A stretch of DNA of 64,000 nucleotides from Bryobacteraceae bacterium (GTDB lineage: Bacteria > Acidobacteriota > Terriglobia > Bryobacterales > Bryobacteraceae). The notes beneath the pieces are model-generated. The model searched no databases, was not told where the DNA came from, and worked only from the letters and a program-made list of their open reading frames with translations. The stretch is from NCBI GenBank assembly GCA_035511215.1, contig DATKFU010000290.1, positions 25,593 to 89,592 of the forward strand, written 5' to 3'. A program made the position numbers and the translations under genes. Below are positions 19,091-30,634 of this stretch, piece by piece. The first letter of the stretch is position 1. Each line of letters begins with the position of its first letter.

Positions 19091-19150
19091 GGGCAGGAAG
19101 TCCGGACCGGGGAACTGCTCCACCGTGAACAGGCCCGTGGCGATTGCATG
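19091..19150 (-). pseudogene. 20-codon remnant of a second DUF29 gene (C-terminus only)
   Basis: Minus-strand translation is HAIATGLFTVEQFPGPDFLP, against the intact copy's C-terminus AETGL...CPFTVEQILDPEFLP. DNA similarity to 18610-18655 is visible by eye. A TAA lies directly upstream in frame. Confidence 0.4.
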
Positions 19151-19182
19151 TTACTCCCCCATTATAGGGCCTTGGCGAATGA

Positions 19183-22762
<3,580 letters not shown>

Positions 22763-23216
22763 GGTTATTCCATAGTCCGACTACCCGGCCCCACAGACCG
22801 ACTGCCTGGAGGATTCCGACGCAAACTGCGACCACCACAACGATATTCAGAATGGCCTTGATTGCTCCTGCCATGGGGACATAAGTATTGATGAGCCACA
22901 AACCGATTCCCACAACGATAAGCGCCAGGACGATATTCAGGATGGTCCGGGCGTTTCCTGGAACGGTTATGTTACGGTTGATGAGCCACGCAATGGCTGC
23001 CACAGCGATCAGCGCCAGGACGATGTAGAGCAACGGCATTTCCGCACCTCGGAAGACGTACGTGCAATTGTGATGCCAACGGTCGCGATGATACCAACCT
23101 TGCTGGGAAACGGTGAATCGTGAGAACTTGCCTTGCCACGGAGGTCAGGTTCCGCCGTTTCGGGCCCGCGTCCCGGCCGCTCGTTATGAAAATCGTGCAC
23201 GTGCCGGGCGCGGACT

Positions 23217-23372
23217 TTGTTGCGCCGTAACCAAAAGTGCCCGGAATGCCGGCGGCGATTCTGGTCTGGAAGCTCTGTGGACCCTGCTACGCCTCCGGAG
23301 GCAGAGACCCGCCGGCTCCGCGGCAAAATGGACTGGCGGGGCGACCTCAGCGCGATGATGAGCGACAGTTGA
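23217..23372 (+). CDS. Possible short or truncated antitoxin upstream of vapC
   Basis: Only TTG starts are available (23217 or 23220). The product ...QKCPECRRRFWSG...RRLRGKMDWRGDLSAMMSDS ends in TGA 23370-23372, overlapping the vapC TTG start (TTGA). The tail resembles VapB/AbrB-type antitoxin C-termini, but no DNA-binding N-domain is recognisable. Confidence 0.25.
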   Translation: MLRRNQKCPECRRRFWSGSSVDPATPPEAETRRLRGKMDWRGDLSAMMSDS

Positions 23373-23761
23373 TTCTGGTCGATTCCAATGTGTGGATCGA
23401 CTACTTCAACGGAACGGTCACGGCGAAGACCGAGAAACTCGATGGTCTGCTTGGCCACGCACCTTTGGCCATCGGCGACCTGATCCTGACGGAGGCCCTG
23501 CAGGGCTTCGCCTCCGAACGGGACTTCAACGCAGCCAGGAAAATGCTGACCTCGTTGGATGTCGTGGAGTTGGGCGGGCAGGAAATCGCGATTCAAGCTG
23601 CGAATAATTTCCGGGCGCTGCGAAAGCTGGGCGTGACCGTTCGCAAGACCATCGAAACAGTGATTGGTACCAGATGCATCGAGAGCGGGTATGACTTACT
23701 GGCCGACGACAGGGATTTCGATCCGTTTGCCAAGCACCTCGGACTGCGGGTAGTGGTCTGA
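23369..23761 (+). CDS. vapC: PIN-domain toxin (VapC-like)
   Basis: From TTG 23369 it reads (M)ILVDSNVWIDYFNG...IGDLILTEALQG...TIETVIGTRCIESGYDLLADDRDFDPF, giving the conserved acidic PIN residues (D5, E, D, D). The track ORF start at 23237 has no support. Confidence 0.85.
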   Translation: MILVDSNVWIDYFNGTVTAKTEKLDGLLGHAPLAIGDLILTEALQGFASERDFNAARKMLTSLDVVELGGQEIAIQAANNFRALRKLGVTVRKTIETVIGTRCIESGYDLLADDRDFDPFAKHLGLRVVV

Positions 23762-23866
23762 TAAACATTGCAAGTGGCGCCGCCTTCAATAAGCCGGCCG
23801 CCCAGCTTAATGAGCCGAGCGCCCCCTCGGCTCTGGGAATGAGATACTGGGTGCGTAACGACGGTT

Positions 23867-24091
23867 TTGCGGTCAGGTCCCTACCGCCTGTATTTCTACA
23901 GCCATGAACCGAACGAGCCACCGCATGTCCACGTGGATCGCGACGATCAGTCGGCCAAGTTTTGGTTGGGGCCCATCGGATTAGCTCTGAACCTGGGGTT
24001 TAGTCTCGTGGAACTCCGTCGCATACAACGGGTGCTCAAGGAGAATGAGGCCATCCTGCTGGAGAAATGGAATGCACGATTCGGAAATTAA
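23867..24091 (+). CDS. DUF4160-family protein
   Basis: YRLYFYSHEPNEPPHVHVDRDDQSAKFWL...LA.N.GF...ELRRIQRVLKENEAILLEKW matches the DUF4160 pattern. Only a TTG start is available, and the upstream in-frame TTV looks like a lost MPTV-type N-terminus. Confidence 0.75.
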   Translation: MRSGPYRLYFYSHEPNEPPHVHVDRDDQSAKFWLGPIGLALNLGFSLVELRRIQRVLKENEAILLEKWNARFGN

Positions 24092-24347
24092 GCCGGGAGA
24101 ACGGGTGAAAGACGTTCACTTCATGGAGGACACCATGGCGGTCGACCTCATCGACGGCCGCACTATTGTTGTACCCTTAGTCTGGTACCCAAGGCTCCTC
24201 GACGCCACCCCTGAACAGCGTCGAAATTGGAAAGTCGGCGGCGCTGGCTATGGCATTCACTGGCCGGATGTCGACGAAGATCTAAGCACGGCGGGACTCC
24301 TGCGCGGGGCGCCCGCGGCGCCGGAACCCTTACGGACTCGCGGCTAG
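24072..24347 (+). CDS. DUF2442-family protein
   Basis: ATG 24072 lies 7 nt after GGAG and overlaps the DUF4160 gene by 20 nt. VKDVHFMEDTMAVDLIDGRTIVVPLVWYPRLLDATPEQRRNWKVGGAGYGIHWPDVDEDLS is canonical DUF2442. Confidence 0.8.
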   Translation: MHDSEIKPGERVKDVHFMEDTMAVDLIDGRTIVVPLVWYPRLLDATPEQRRNWKVGGAGYGIHWPDVDEDLSTAGLLRGAPAAPEPLRTRG

Positions 24348-24691
24348 GTCTGAACGCGCTTTTATCTGGTGTGGGCGCGATGATCTGAGGAGCTTAGCTC
24401 TCTCTCCGCCCGTGGGACCTCTCGAACTAAGCGGGCGCAATGAATGGTTCACCTTTTGTTGCTCCACCGGAAGGTCATTAACTGATTCTTGGAATGCCAT
24501 GAACCCGGGTCGTTGGCGAATCTTGTCCGGCGTGGCATCCCAGAATTTCAGCATCGTTTGGCTGTAGTATTCTTTAATCTTGTTCGCGGGACCAGCGGGA
24601 TTCTCAGGCGGCACTTGAACCCATGCGCGGAAACGCACTCTTCGTGTCCACGGACGGCAATGCAGTGATAGTGTATCTTAATCGCGCTCAT
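24330..24691 (-). pseudogene. Possible small alpha+beta-barrel (ABM/Dabb/EthD-like) gene split by a -1 frameshift
   Basis: ATG 24691 overlaps the stop of the homoserine-dehydrogenase-like gene (ATGA) and reads MSAIKIHYHCIAVRGHEE. Near 24640 the sensible reading moves to another frame: VRFRAWVQVPPENPAGPANKIKEYYSQTMLKFWDATPDKIRQRPGFMAFQESVNDLPVEQQKVNHSLRPL. The fold call comes from the pattern only. Confidence 0.3.
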
Positions 24692-25683
24692 GGGTCCAGG
24701 GCCCGCAGCATGTTCTTCGGCAGACATCGCACCACATCCACCAAATCCCCAAACACGCCATAAGCCGTCTGCTCCACGCCCGGTGAAATCGAGACCATCC
24801 CGATGGTCCCCATCAAATCCGTGTGCAACAGCAGCACATTCGACGTACCCCCCACGCACGCCAGCACGTCGGCCTTGTCCAGCACCTCGGCGCGCACACG
24901 CAGAGTGATGCCTCCCGCGCCGCGGCGGGCACGGCTGATCAAACGCACGGTCTTGCCCGCGCGCGTCAGTTCCGCCATACGTTCGGGCGTCAGCCGCGCG
25001 ATGCCGCGCGTCGAAACGGCCTGCGGCGTAGTGCGCGCATCCATCAGCACGTTGGCCAGCGCGGCCGTCTTGGCGGCCGAGTCCCAGCCCTCCACGTCGA
25101 AACTCGCATCCGCTTCTGTCACACCCAGGCTGCGCGCCAGCGCCAGGCCGTCCTCGAACGAACCGCCCTGCTCCATGGTTTCGATTACTATTTTCGAGGT
25201 GGAATTGAGCGCGCCCGTGAAACCCAACACCGTGACGCCCGGCAGGTTGTGGCGCACCAGGTTGAAGACCGGCGCGCCATCCATCACGGTGGACTCGAAG
25301 CGGAACTCGACGCCCTGGCGGGCGGCCACATCGCGCAGATCCGCGTAGGCGTGCGCGATGGGACCTTTGTTCGCCGTCACCACGTGCATGCGCCGCGCAA
25401 ATGCGGCCCTGATGTGCGAGATGGCCGGTTCGCCTGTGGCCGGATTCAGCGTGGTCAGTTCCACTGCGATGTCCGGCTGCGCGGCGTCCAGAAAATCATC
25501 GATGGACGCCGCCGCAGGGCCGAAAACCGGATCGAGCGGCACGCCGCGCGCCGCTACTATAGTGCCGTGACGTGCGGTGTGAATGCCGGTGATGCGGAAT
25601 GGAAACATCGCGTGCTGCCGCCGCAGCAGCCGCGCTAGCGCGCGCGCCACATTGCCGTAGCCGATCAGCGCCAGGCGGGTCAC
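24688..25683 (-). CDS. Homoserine dehydrogenase-family protein, with no ACT domain
   Basis: GTG 25683 overlaps the upstream stop (GTGA). LALIGYGNVARAL NAD-binding motif; VTANKGPIA..., GVEFRFESTVMDGAPVFNL, GALNSTSKIVIETMEQGGSFEDGLALARSLGVTEADASFDVEGWDSAAKTAALANVLM. Confidence 0.85.
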   Translation of the reverse strand: MTRLALIGYGNVARALARLLRRQHAMFPFRITGIHTARHGTIVAARGVPLDPVFGPAAASIDDFLDAAQPDIAVELTTLNPATGEPAISHIRAAFARRMHVVTANKGPIAHAYADLRDVAARQGVEFRFESTVMDGAPVFNLVRHNLPGVTVLGFTGALNSTSKIVIETMEQGGSFEDGLALARSLGVTEADASFDVEGWDSAAKTAALANVLMDARTTPQAVSTRGIARLTPERMAELTRAGKTVRLISRARRGAGGITLRVRAEVLDKADVLACVGGTSNVLLLHTDLMGTIGMVSISPGVEQTAYGVFGDLVDVVRCLPKNMLRALDP

Positions 25684-26456
25684 TTCTTGGCTGCGTCCCG
25701 CGTGGCCTGCAGGATGGCCGTCAAGCCTTCGCGTTCGATCGTGTGGGTGGACGAGACGAAGAACATGCCGATGATGGGCGGCAGGCCGCGCGTGAGGGAA
25801 GTGGTTTCGCACTCCAGGTAGACGCCGCCGTCGCGCTGTTCAAGGCGCCAATAGCCGTTCAGCCGCCACAGATAGCCACTGCCATGCCCGGGCTGCAGTT
25901 CGTGCTGCTTGGGCTTGCCATAGTCTTCGATTTCCGTGACCCGCGTCGTGCGCGTCTGGCAAACCCAGCGCGTGGCATCCACTTGCTGGTAGTGCGCGTC
26001 AAATTCGGTGCGGAACACTCCATTGACGGGGCCGCTCTTCAAAACCCGCAGCCGGTAGTATTTGAAGTCGTTGCCGTTGTGCGCGATGAGTTTCGACTCC
26101 GGCACTTCCTTGTATATGTTCTTGTGACGATCGTAATCCTGAAGCACCGCCAGCGTCTTTTCCAGCGTGGCGCCCGGGATGAAGATCGCGCCGATCCAGT
26201 CGTGAATCGATGCCCCGGGCACGAAGGTGTCGCCATCGCCTTTCGCGGGTTCCACGACGGCCTGCCCCTGCTTCACCAGGCGCAGGCGCTGCGGCGAGGC
26301 GTCCGCCCACAAAAACGGCTTGGCGGCGGCCAGGCGCGCTTCCGTATCGTGAGTGTAGCGATCGTAAGCCTGAACAGCCTCGGGCTTCAGATCTGCCGCG
26401 ACGCATGCCCCGACGCATGACGACGCGGCGAGCAGGAAAGCCAAGGTGCGGGTCAC
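25680..26456 (-). CDS. Secreted hypothetical protein, possibly SRPBCC/START-like fold
   Basis: GTG 26456 overlaps the upstream stop (GTGA). Signal peptide VTRTLAFLLAASSCVGACVA. Coding-like composition throughout. The fold guess is weak; it rests on the beta-rich pattern IHDWIGAIFIPGATLEKTLAVLQDYDRHKNIY...GYLWRLNGYWRLEQRDGGVYLECE. Confidence 0.65.
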   Translation of the reverse strand: MTRTLAFLLAASSCVGACVAADLKPEAVQAYDRYTHDTEARLAAAKPFLWADASPQRLRLVKQGQAVVEPAKGDGDTFVPGASIHDWIGAIFIPGATLEKTLAVLQDYDRHKNIYKEVPESKLIAHNGNDFKYYRLRVLKSGPVNGVFRTEFDAHYQQVDATRWVCQTRTTRVTEIEDYGKPKQHELQPGHGSGYLWRLNGYWRLEQRDGGVYLECETTSLTRGLPPIIGMFFVSSTHTIEREGLTAILQATRDAAKK

Positions 26457-27118
26457 ACCGAATTGTAGCAGGGCGCGCGAAGCCGGTTCATCCAATAAGC
26501 CCACGCTACCACCAACGAGAAAAAGATCAGGCTGGTGACCGCCATCGCGCGGACGCTGGGCGGGGGCGGTCCGGCGATGTTGCTGTGCCACGCCAACGTC
26601 AGGATAACGATGCCGATCCAAAACGCGTACACGCCCCTCCGGCTCTTCGCGCGTGTGGCGCGTACGTAAAGAACGATCGCGAACAGCCACATCCCGCCTT
26701 CCACGACGACGGTAGCTGCGACGGAATTCCAGAGTCCCAATCCGAACCACCGATGGACTCCCGGCGCCAGCGCCATATCCGCGTTATGGGCCACGAAATC
26801 CAGCAGCCAGTGACTCATTACGGCGGCGAAAAGCATCCACGCCCCCCGCGCGTAGTGCCGCGCGAAGAAGTAAGCTGTGGCAAACAGTGCGCCCCATGCT
26901 GCGTCCATCAACAGGCTGTGGCTGAAGGCGATGTCCGAAGCGCCGAAATAGTTCACGGCGCCGCGGCCCGGCTTGAGCTCGACGCGCTCGATGCCCGCCA
27001 GCAGGAAGATGCACCACAGCAGATCGGGCAGCAGCGCTGCCAGCACCGTGGTCCCCAGCGACACGCGCGGCGTGATGCGCTTGGCGGCCAGTCCTACCGC
27101 GATGTGTCCTACGAGCAT
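26453..27118 (-). CDS. Polytopic membrane protein, YdjM/DUF457-like putative metal-dependent hydrolase
   Basis: Start at ATG 27118 (MLVGHIAVGLAAK...). Conserved-looking His/Asp positions: H5, PDLLW, FSHSLLMD, SHWLLDFVAH. About 6 TM helices. Overlaps the upstream small ORF by 10 nt. Confidence 0.6.
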   Translation of the reverse strand: MLVGHIAVGLAAKRITPRVSLGTTVLAALLPDLLWCIFLLAGIERVELKPGRGAVNYFGASDIAFSHSLLMDAAWGALFATAYFFARHYARGAWMLFAAVMSHWLLDFVAHNADMALAPGVHRWFGLGLWNSVAATVVVEGGMWLFAIVLYVRATRAKSRRGVYAFWIGIVILTLAWHSNIAGPPPPSVRAMAVTSLIFFSLVVAWAYWMNRLRAPCYNSV

Positions 27119-27378
27119 CCCGTCCGCCCGAACCACAATTCTCGCGGCATCCCGGCCGGCCGCATCATCCGTAAATCCGGCAGCGTGTGTGCCCGGACCG
27201 CGGGGTCGCTGGTGGTTTTGGCAAACCACTCGGCGGCGGCGCCGGCCAGCAGGCCGGCCAGTTCCGCGCCGCGGCGCTCCGTGCTCACTCTGGCGAAAGC
27301 CTCCGACATCTCCACGGCAAACGCGGCTCTGAAATCGTATGGGTACAGCTTGAGTAACATCCGGTAAGCCCGTTTCAC
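27109..27378 (-). CDS. Small PadR-associated protein resembling the N-terminal 'permease prefix' of ADOP proteins
   Basis: GTG 27378 lies 8 nt after AAGGAG, which overlaps the PadR stop. N-terminus YRMLLKLYPYDFRAAFAVEMSEAF follows the LYPxxFRxxxGxEM pattern seen at the start of many ADOP-type permeases. Confidence 0.6.
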   Translation of the reverse strand: MKRAYRMLLKLYPYDFRAAFAVEMSEAFARVSTERRGAELAGLLAGAAAEWFAKTTSDPAVRAHTLPDLRMMRPAGMPRELWFGRTGCS

Positions 27379-27390
27379 TGCATGGCTCCT

Positions 27391-27720
27391 TCAGTGCGCG
27401 GCGCGCAGCCGTGCGCCGACCACTCGCGTTAATTGTTTCATCCGGCCCATTTCCAATTGCAGTTGGGTGTGCCCTGCCGCCGTCAGCCGGTAAGCTTGCT
27501 TCTCGCGCGATGTGTCTTCCTGTTCGAAGCGCTCGATCCAGCCATCCTCCAGCAGCCTGCGCAACGCGCCATACAGCGTGCCGGTGCTCAGCCGCACCCG
27601 GCCGCCGCTGAGCGCCTCGATATCCTTCATCAGGGCGTATCCGTGGCGGGGCGTGTCGGCCAGGCTGGTGAGGATCATCAGAACGGGCTCGCTAATAGAT
27701 CGCAACGCGTCATGTCGCAT
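27391..27720 (-). CDS. PadR-family transcriptional regulator
   Basis: 109 aa. The winged-helix string LMILTSLADTPRHGYALMKDIEALSGGRVRLSTGTLYGALRRLLEDGWIE is canonical PadR. Confidence 0.9.
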   Translation of the reverse strand: MRHDALRSISEPVLMILTSLADTPRHGYALMKDIEALSGGRVRLSTGTLYGALRRLLEDGWIERFEQEDTSREKQAYRLTAAGHTQLQLEMGRMKQLTRVVGARLRAAH

Positions 27721-27737
27721 AACGGCATATTATCACA

Positions 27738-27782
27738 GTGGGGCGGGCCTCCAGGCCTGCGCGGGTCTCCGGAACCCGCTCC
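27738..27782 (+). repeat. GTGGGGC-box two-hairpin intergenic element (copy upstream of the ADOP gene at 27830)
   Basis: gtggggcgggcctccaggcctgc-gcgggtctccggaacccgc. Hairpin 1 is 27742-27759 (7 bp including one G:U, loop tcca). Hairpin 2 is 27761-27779 (6 bp). Confidence 0.7.
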
Positions 27783-27829
27783 TAAACACCGGCTGCTAAC
27801 CGGACGCGCCCAGCGTTCGTCCAAGGCAT

Positions 27830-30364
27830 ATGCCCGGAATCGCGGAATTACGCCAGGACTTCGTCTACGGCGCTCGCCTGCTGGCCAAAAGTCCCGGTTT
27901 TACCACGGTTGCGGTGCTCTCGCTGGCGCTCGGGATCGGGGCCAATACCGCCATCTTCAGCTTGATCGACACCGTGCTGCTCAAGCTGCTGCCCGTGAAA
28001 GACCCGCAACAACTGGTCGCCCTCACCGATCCCACCTCCTCGGGCGTGAGCATCGGCACCTCCACGGGCGAGCGCGATATCCTCTCGACTCGCGAATTTG
28101 AAGCCTTGCGCGACCGCACGCAGTCTTTTTCCGGCATGCTCGCCACGCAGAGCCAAATGGGCCGGAACAACGCCAGCATCGACGGCAAAGCGGGCGAAGA
28201 ACTGCGCACCCGGCTCGTCAGCGGCGGCTATTTCACCGTGCTGGGCGCCACAACCGCCATCGGACGCGCGTTCACGGCTGCGGACGAGCGCGGCCCCGGC
28301 AGTGCTCCCTACGCCGTCATCAGCTATGAATTCTGGCAGCGCCGCTTCGGGGGCTCGCCCTCCGTGCTCGATTCGCATGTCCGCATCGCCAAAGCCGACT
28401 TGACCATCATCGGCGTGGCGCAGCCCCATTTTCTTGGCGAAAACGTAGGCGAAGCGCCCGATCTGTGGATTCCGCTCGACATGCAGCCGCAGGTCATGCC
28501 CGGCCGCACATGGCTGGAAGACGATCCCGCGCACATCGCGGAGAAGGTCATGTGGCTGCACGTGATCGGCCGCTTGAAACCCGGCGTGTCCCGCAAGCAG
28601 GCGCAGGCCAACGTGGATGTCGTCTTCAAGCAGGTGGTAGCCGAGGAATTCTCGAAACTCAGCCAGAGTCAGCCGGATATCCTGAAGCAGAACCTGGTGC
28701 TCCACGATGCCGGCGCCGGCGTCTCCAGCCTGCGCGGCAATATGGCCGACCCGCTATATGTGCTGATGGCCGTGGTCGCGCTGGTGCTGGTTATAGCCTG
28801 CGCCAATGTCGCGAACCTGCTGCTGGCGCGCGCCACCGCGCGGCAAAAGGAAATGGGCGTGCGCCTGGCGCTGGGCGCGGGCCGGGCGCGCATCATCCGG
28901 CAGTTTCTCACCGAAAGCCTGATGCTCTCTGTGGCTGGCGGGTTGCTCGGCAGCCTGCTGGCGGTGTACGGCGTGCAGTTGCTCGTTGCTTTGGTTGGAG
29001 ACCGCCCCGGTTCGGTGGCGCTGGATGCACGGCCGGATCTGCGCGTCCTCTTTTTCACCATCGGGGTCTCGCTGCTCACTGGCCTGGTCTTCGGTCTCGC
29101 GCCGGCGTGGCGCTCCGCGCGGGTCAACGTCAGCAGCACGCTGAAAGAGACTGGCCGCGGCATGACCGGCAGCAGCGCCAAAATCGGCGCTGGAAAAATC
29201 CTGGCGATTGGACAGATCGCATTGTCCGTGATGCTGTTGATCGGCGCGGGATGGTTCATCCGCACGCTGCGCAACCTGGAAAACGTCGATCTGGGCTACC
29301 CGCGGGATAGGCTGGCGATGGTTCGCGTCGACTTCCTTTCGGGCGGCTACTCGGGTAAGCGGCTGCCCATAGCTTATAACGAGGTGCGCGACCGGCTGGC
29401 GCGAATCCCAGGGGTGCTCGGCGTGACGTATTCGGAGAACGGTCTTTTCAGCGGCACCGAGTCCGGCGACCGTATTAGTGTGGAAGGCTACAAAGCGCAA
29501 AAGAAACAGGACCTCAGCGCGCGTTTCGACCAAGCCGGGCCGGGATATTTTGCGACCGTGGGCATCCCCATCCTGCTGGGCCGCGATATCGGGCCGCAGG
29601 ATATGGAGTCGGCGGAATCCGTCTGCGTGGTGAACGAAGCTTTTGCTAAATTCTATTTCGGCACGCAAAACCCGATTGGAAAGCACGTGACCGACGAGTT
29701 CCCGGACACGCGCAAAACGTTCACGATCGTGGGAGTGGCGCGCGACGCGCGGGACCACAGCCTGCGGCGGGAAATCTTTCGCCGCTTCTATCTTTCCGCG
29801 CTGCAGCCGTTGGGCGGCTTCGCGCCGTCCATGAATTACGAGATCCGGACCTTTGGCGAGCCGGACGCCGTGATCCAGGCGGTGCGCAAAGCAATTCTGG
29901 CCTACGACCCGGCCATACCGATCGGCAGGGCACAACCTTTCGTGGCGATGCTCGACGATAATATGCGGCAGGAGCGCATCATCGCACAACTGTCCACGGT
30001 CTTCGGCGGCGTGGCCCTGCTGTTGGCCGCGATCGGCCTGTACGGCGTCCTGTCCTACGCGGTGGCGCAACGCACCAATGAGATCGGCATTCGCATGGCG
30101 TTGGGAGCGGAGCGGGGCACGGTGGTCCGGATGGTGCTGCGCGAAGTGGCGGTGTTGATCGCCATTGGACTGGCGACCGGCGTTCCCGCCAGCCTGGCCT
30201 GTGCGCGGCTCATCGAAAGCAAGCTGTTTGGCCTGAAGCCCGCCGACCCCGTAACGCTGGCGGCAGCGGTCGGAATCATGATCGCAGTCGCCATCGCTTC
30301 GGGCTATCTGCCTGCGCGCAGGGCTTCGCGGGTGGATCCGCTCATCGCGCTTCGGTATGAGTAG
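27830..30364 (+). CDS. ADOP-family duplicated permease (two MacB-like periplasmic domains plus two FtsX domains, no ATPase)
   Basis: 844 aa. [35 protein letters not shown]; a second copy of the module around [30 protein letters not shown]; C-terminus [18 protein letters not shown]. Confidence 0.9.
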   Translation: MPGIAELRQDFVYGARLLAKSPGFTTVAVLSLALGIGANTAIFSLIDTVLLKLLPVKDPQQLVALTDPTSSGVSIGTSTGERDILSTREFEALRDRTQSFSGMLATQSQMGRNNASIDGKAGEELRTRLVSGGYFTVLGATTAIGRAFTAADERGPGSAPYAVISYEFWQRRFGGSPSVLDSHVRIAKADLTIIGVAQPHFLGENVGEAPDLWIPLDMQPQVMPGRTWLEDDPAHIAEKVMWLHVIGRLKPGVSRKQAQANVDVVFKQVVAEEFSKLSQSQPDILKQNLVLHDAGAGVSSLRGNMADPLYVLMAVVALVLVIACANVANLLLARATARQKEMGVRLALGAGRARIIRQFLTESLMLSVAGGLLGSLLAVYGVQLLVALVGDRPGSVALDARPDLRVLFFTIGVSLLTGLVFGLAPAWRSARVNVSSTLKETGRGMTGSSAKIGAGKILAIGQIALSVMLLIGAGWFIRTLRNLENVDLGYPRDRLAMVRVDFLSGGYSGKRLPIAYNEVRDRLARIPGVLGVTYSENGLFSGTESGDRISVEGYKAQKKQDLSARFDQAGPGYFATVGIPILLGRDIGPQDMESAESVCVVNEAFAKFYFGTQNPIGKHVTDEFPDTRKTFTIVGVARDARDHSLRREIFRRFYLSALQPLGGFAPSMNYEIRTFGEPDAVIQAVRKAILAYDPAIPIGRAQPFVAMLDDNMRQERIIAQLSTVFGGVALLLAAIGLYGVLSYAVAQRTNEIGIRMALGAERGTVVRMVLREVAVLIAIGLATGVPASLACARLIESKLFGLKPADPVTLAAAVGIMIAVAIASGYLPARRASRVDPLIALRYE

Positions 30365-30408
30365 GAGTGGGCTTGCCTCAGGGCACGGTTTCGCGTAACC
30401 TGAAGGCG

Positions 30409-30633
30409 ATGGAGATCCAGTTTACTCCCGAGCAGGAAGCGCGGCTTTCGAGCCTTGCCGCCAAGGAGGGCACGAACCTTGCGCGCCTGGTAAAGCAGGC
30501 CGCATTGTACCTGATTCTGAGAGACGACGTTTTCCGCGCGACCGTGCGAGAGGGCATCGCACAGGCCGACCGCGGCGAGTTCATTGAGGAAACAGAGATG
30601 GACTCCCGGTTCGAGCGGATGGTGAGCCTATAA
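30409..30633 (+). CDS. ParD/RHH-like antitoxin
   Basis: MEIQFTPEQEARLSSLAAKEGTNLARLVKQAALYLI... followed by IAQADRGEFIEETEMDSRFERM. The stop lies 1 nt before the ATG of a ParE/RelE-like reading frame. Confidence 0.65.
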   Translation: MEIQFTPEQEARLSSLAAKEGTNLARLVKQAALYLILRDDVFRATVREGIAQADRGEFIEETEMDSRFERMVSL

Positions 30634-30634
30634 A

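Noticed and set aside
24548-24691. REP-associated tyrosine transposase (RAYT) remnant, suggested by HYHCI (HUH-like) and ENPAGP...EYYSQT (NPV..G...WSS-like)
   Set aside because: The two motifs lie only about 15 codons apart, whereas about 60-100 is expected. The intervening conserved regions and the catalytic Tyr context are absent. An ABM/Dabb-like reading explains the full length better.
27825-27834. Perfect palindrome GGCATATGCC over the ADOP start codon as a PadR operator (ggcatat also occurs at 27724)
   Set aside because: I cannot relate it to a known PadR operator consensus (ATGT-N8-ACAT type), and a 10-bp palindrome containing CATATG can arise by chance. It is left as untested.
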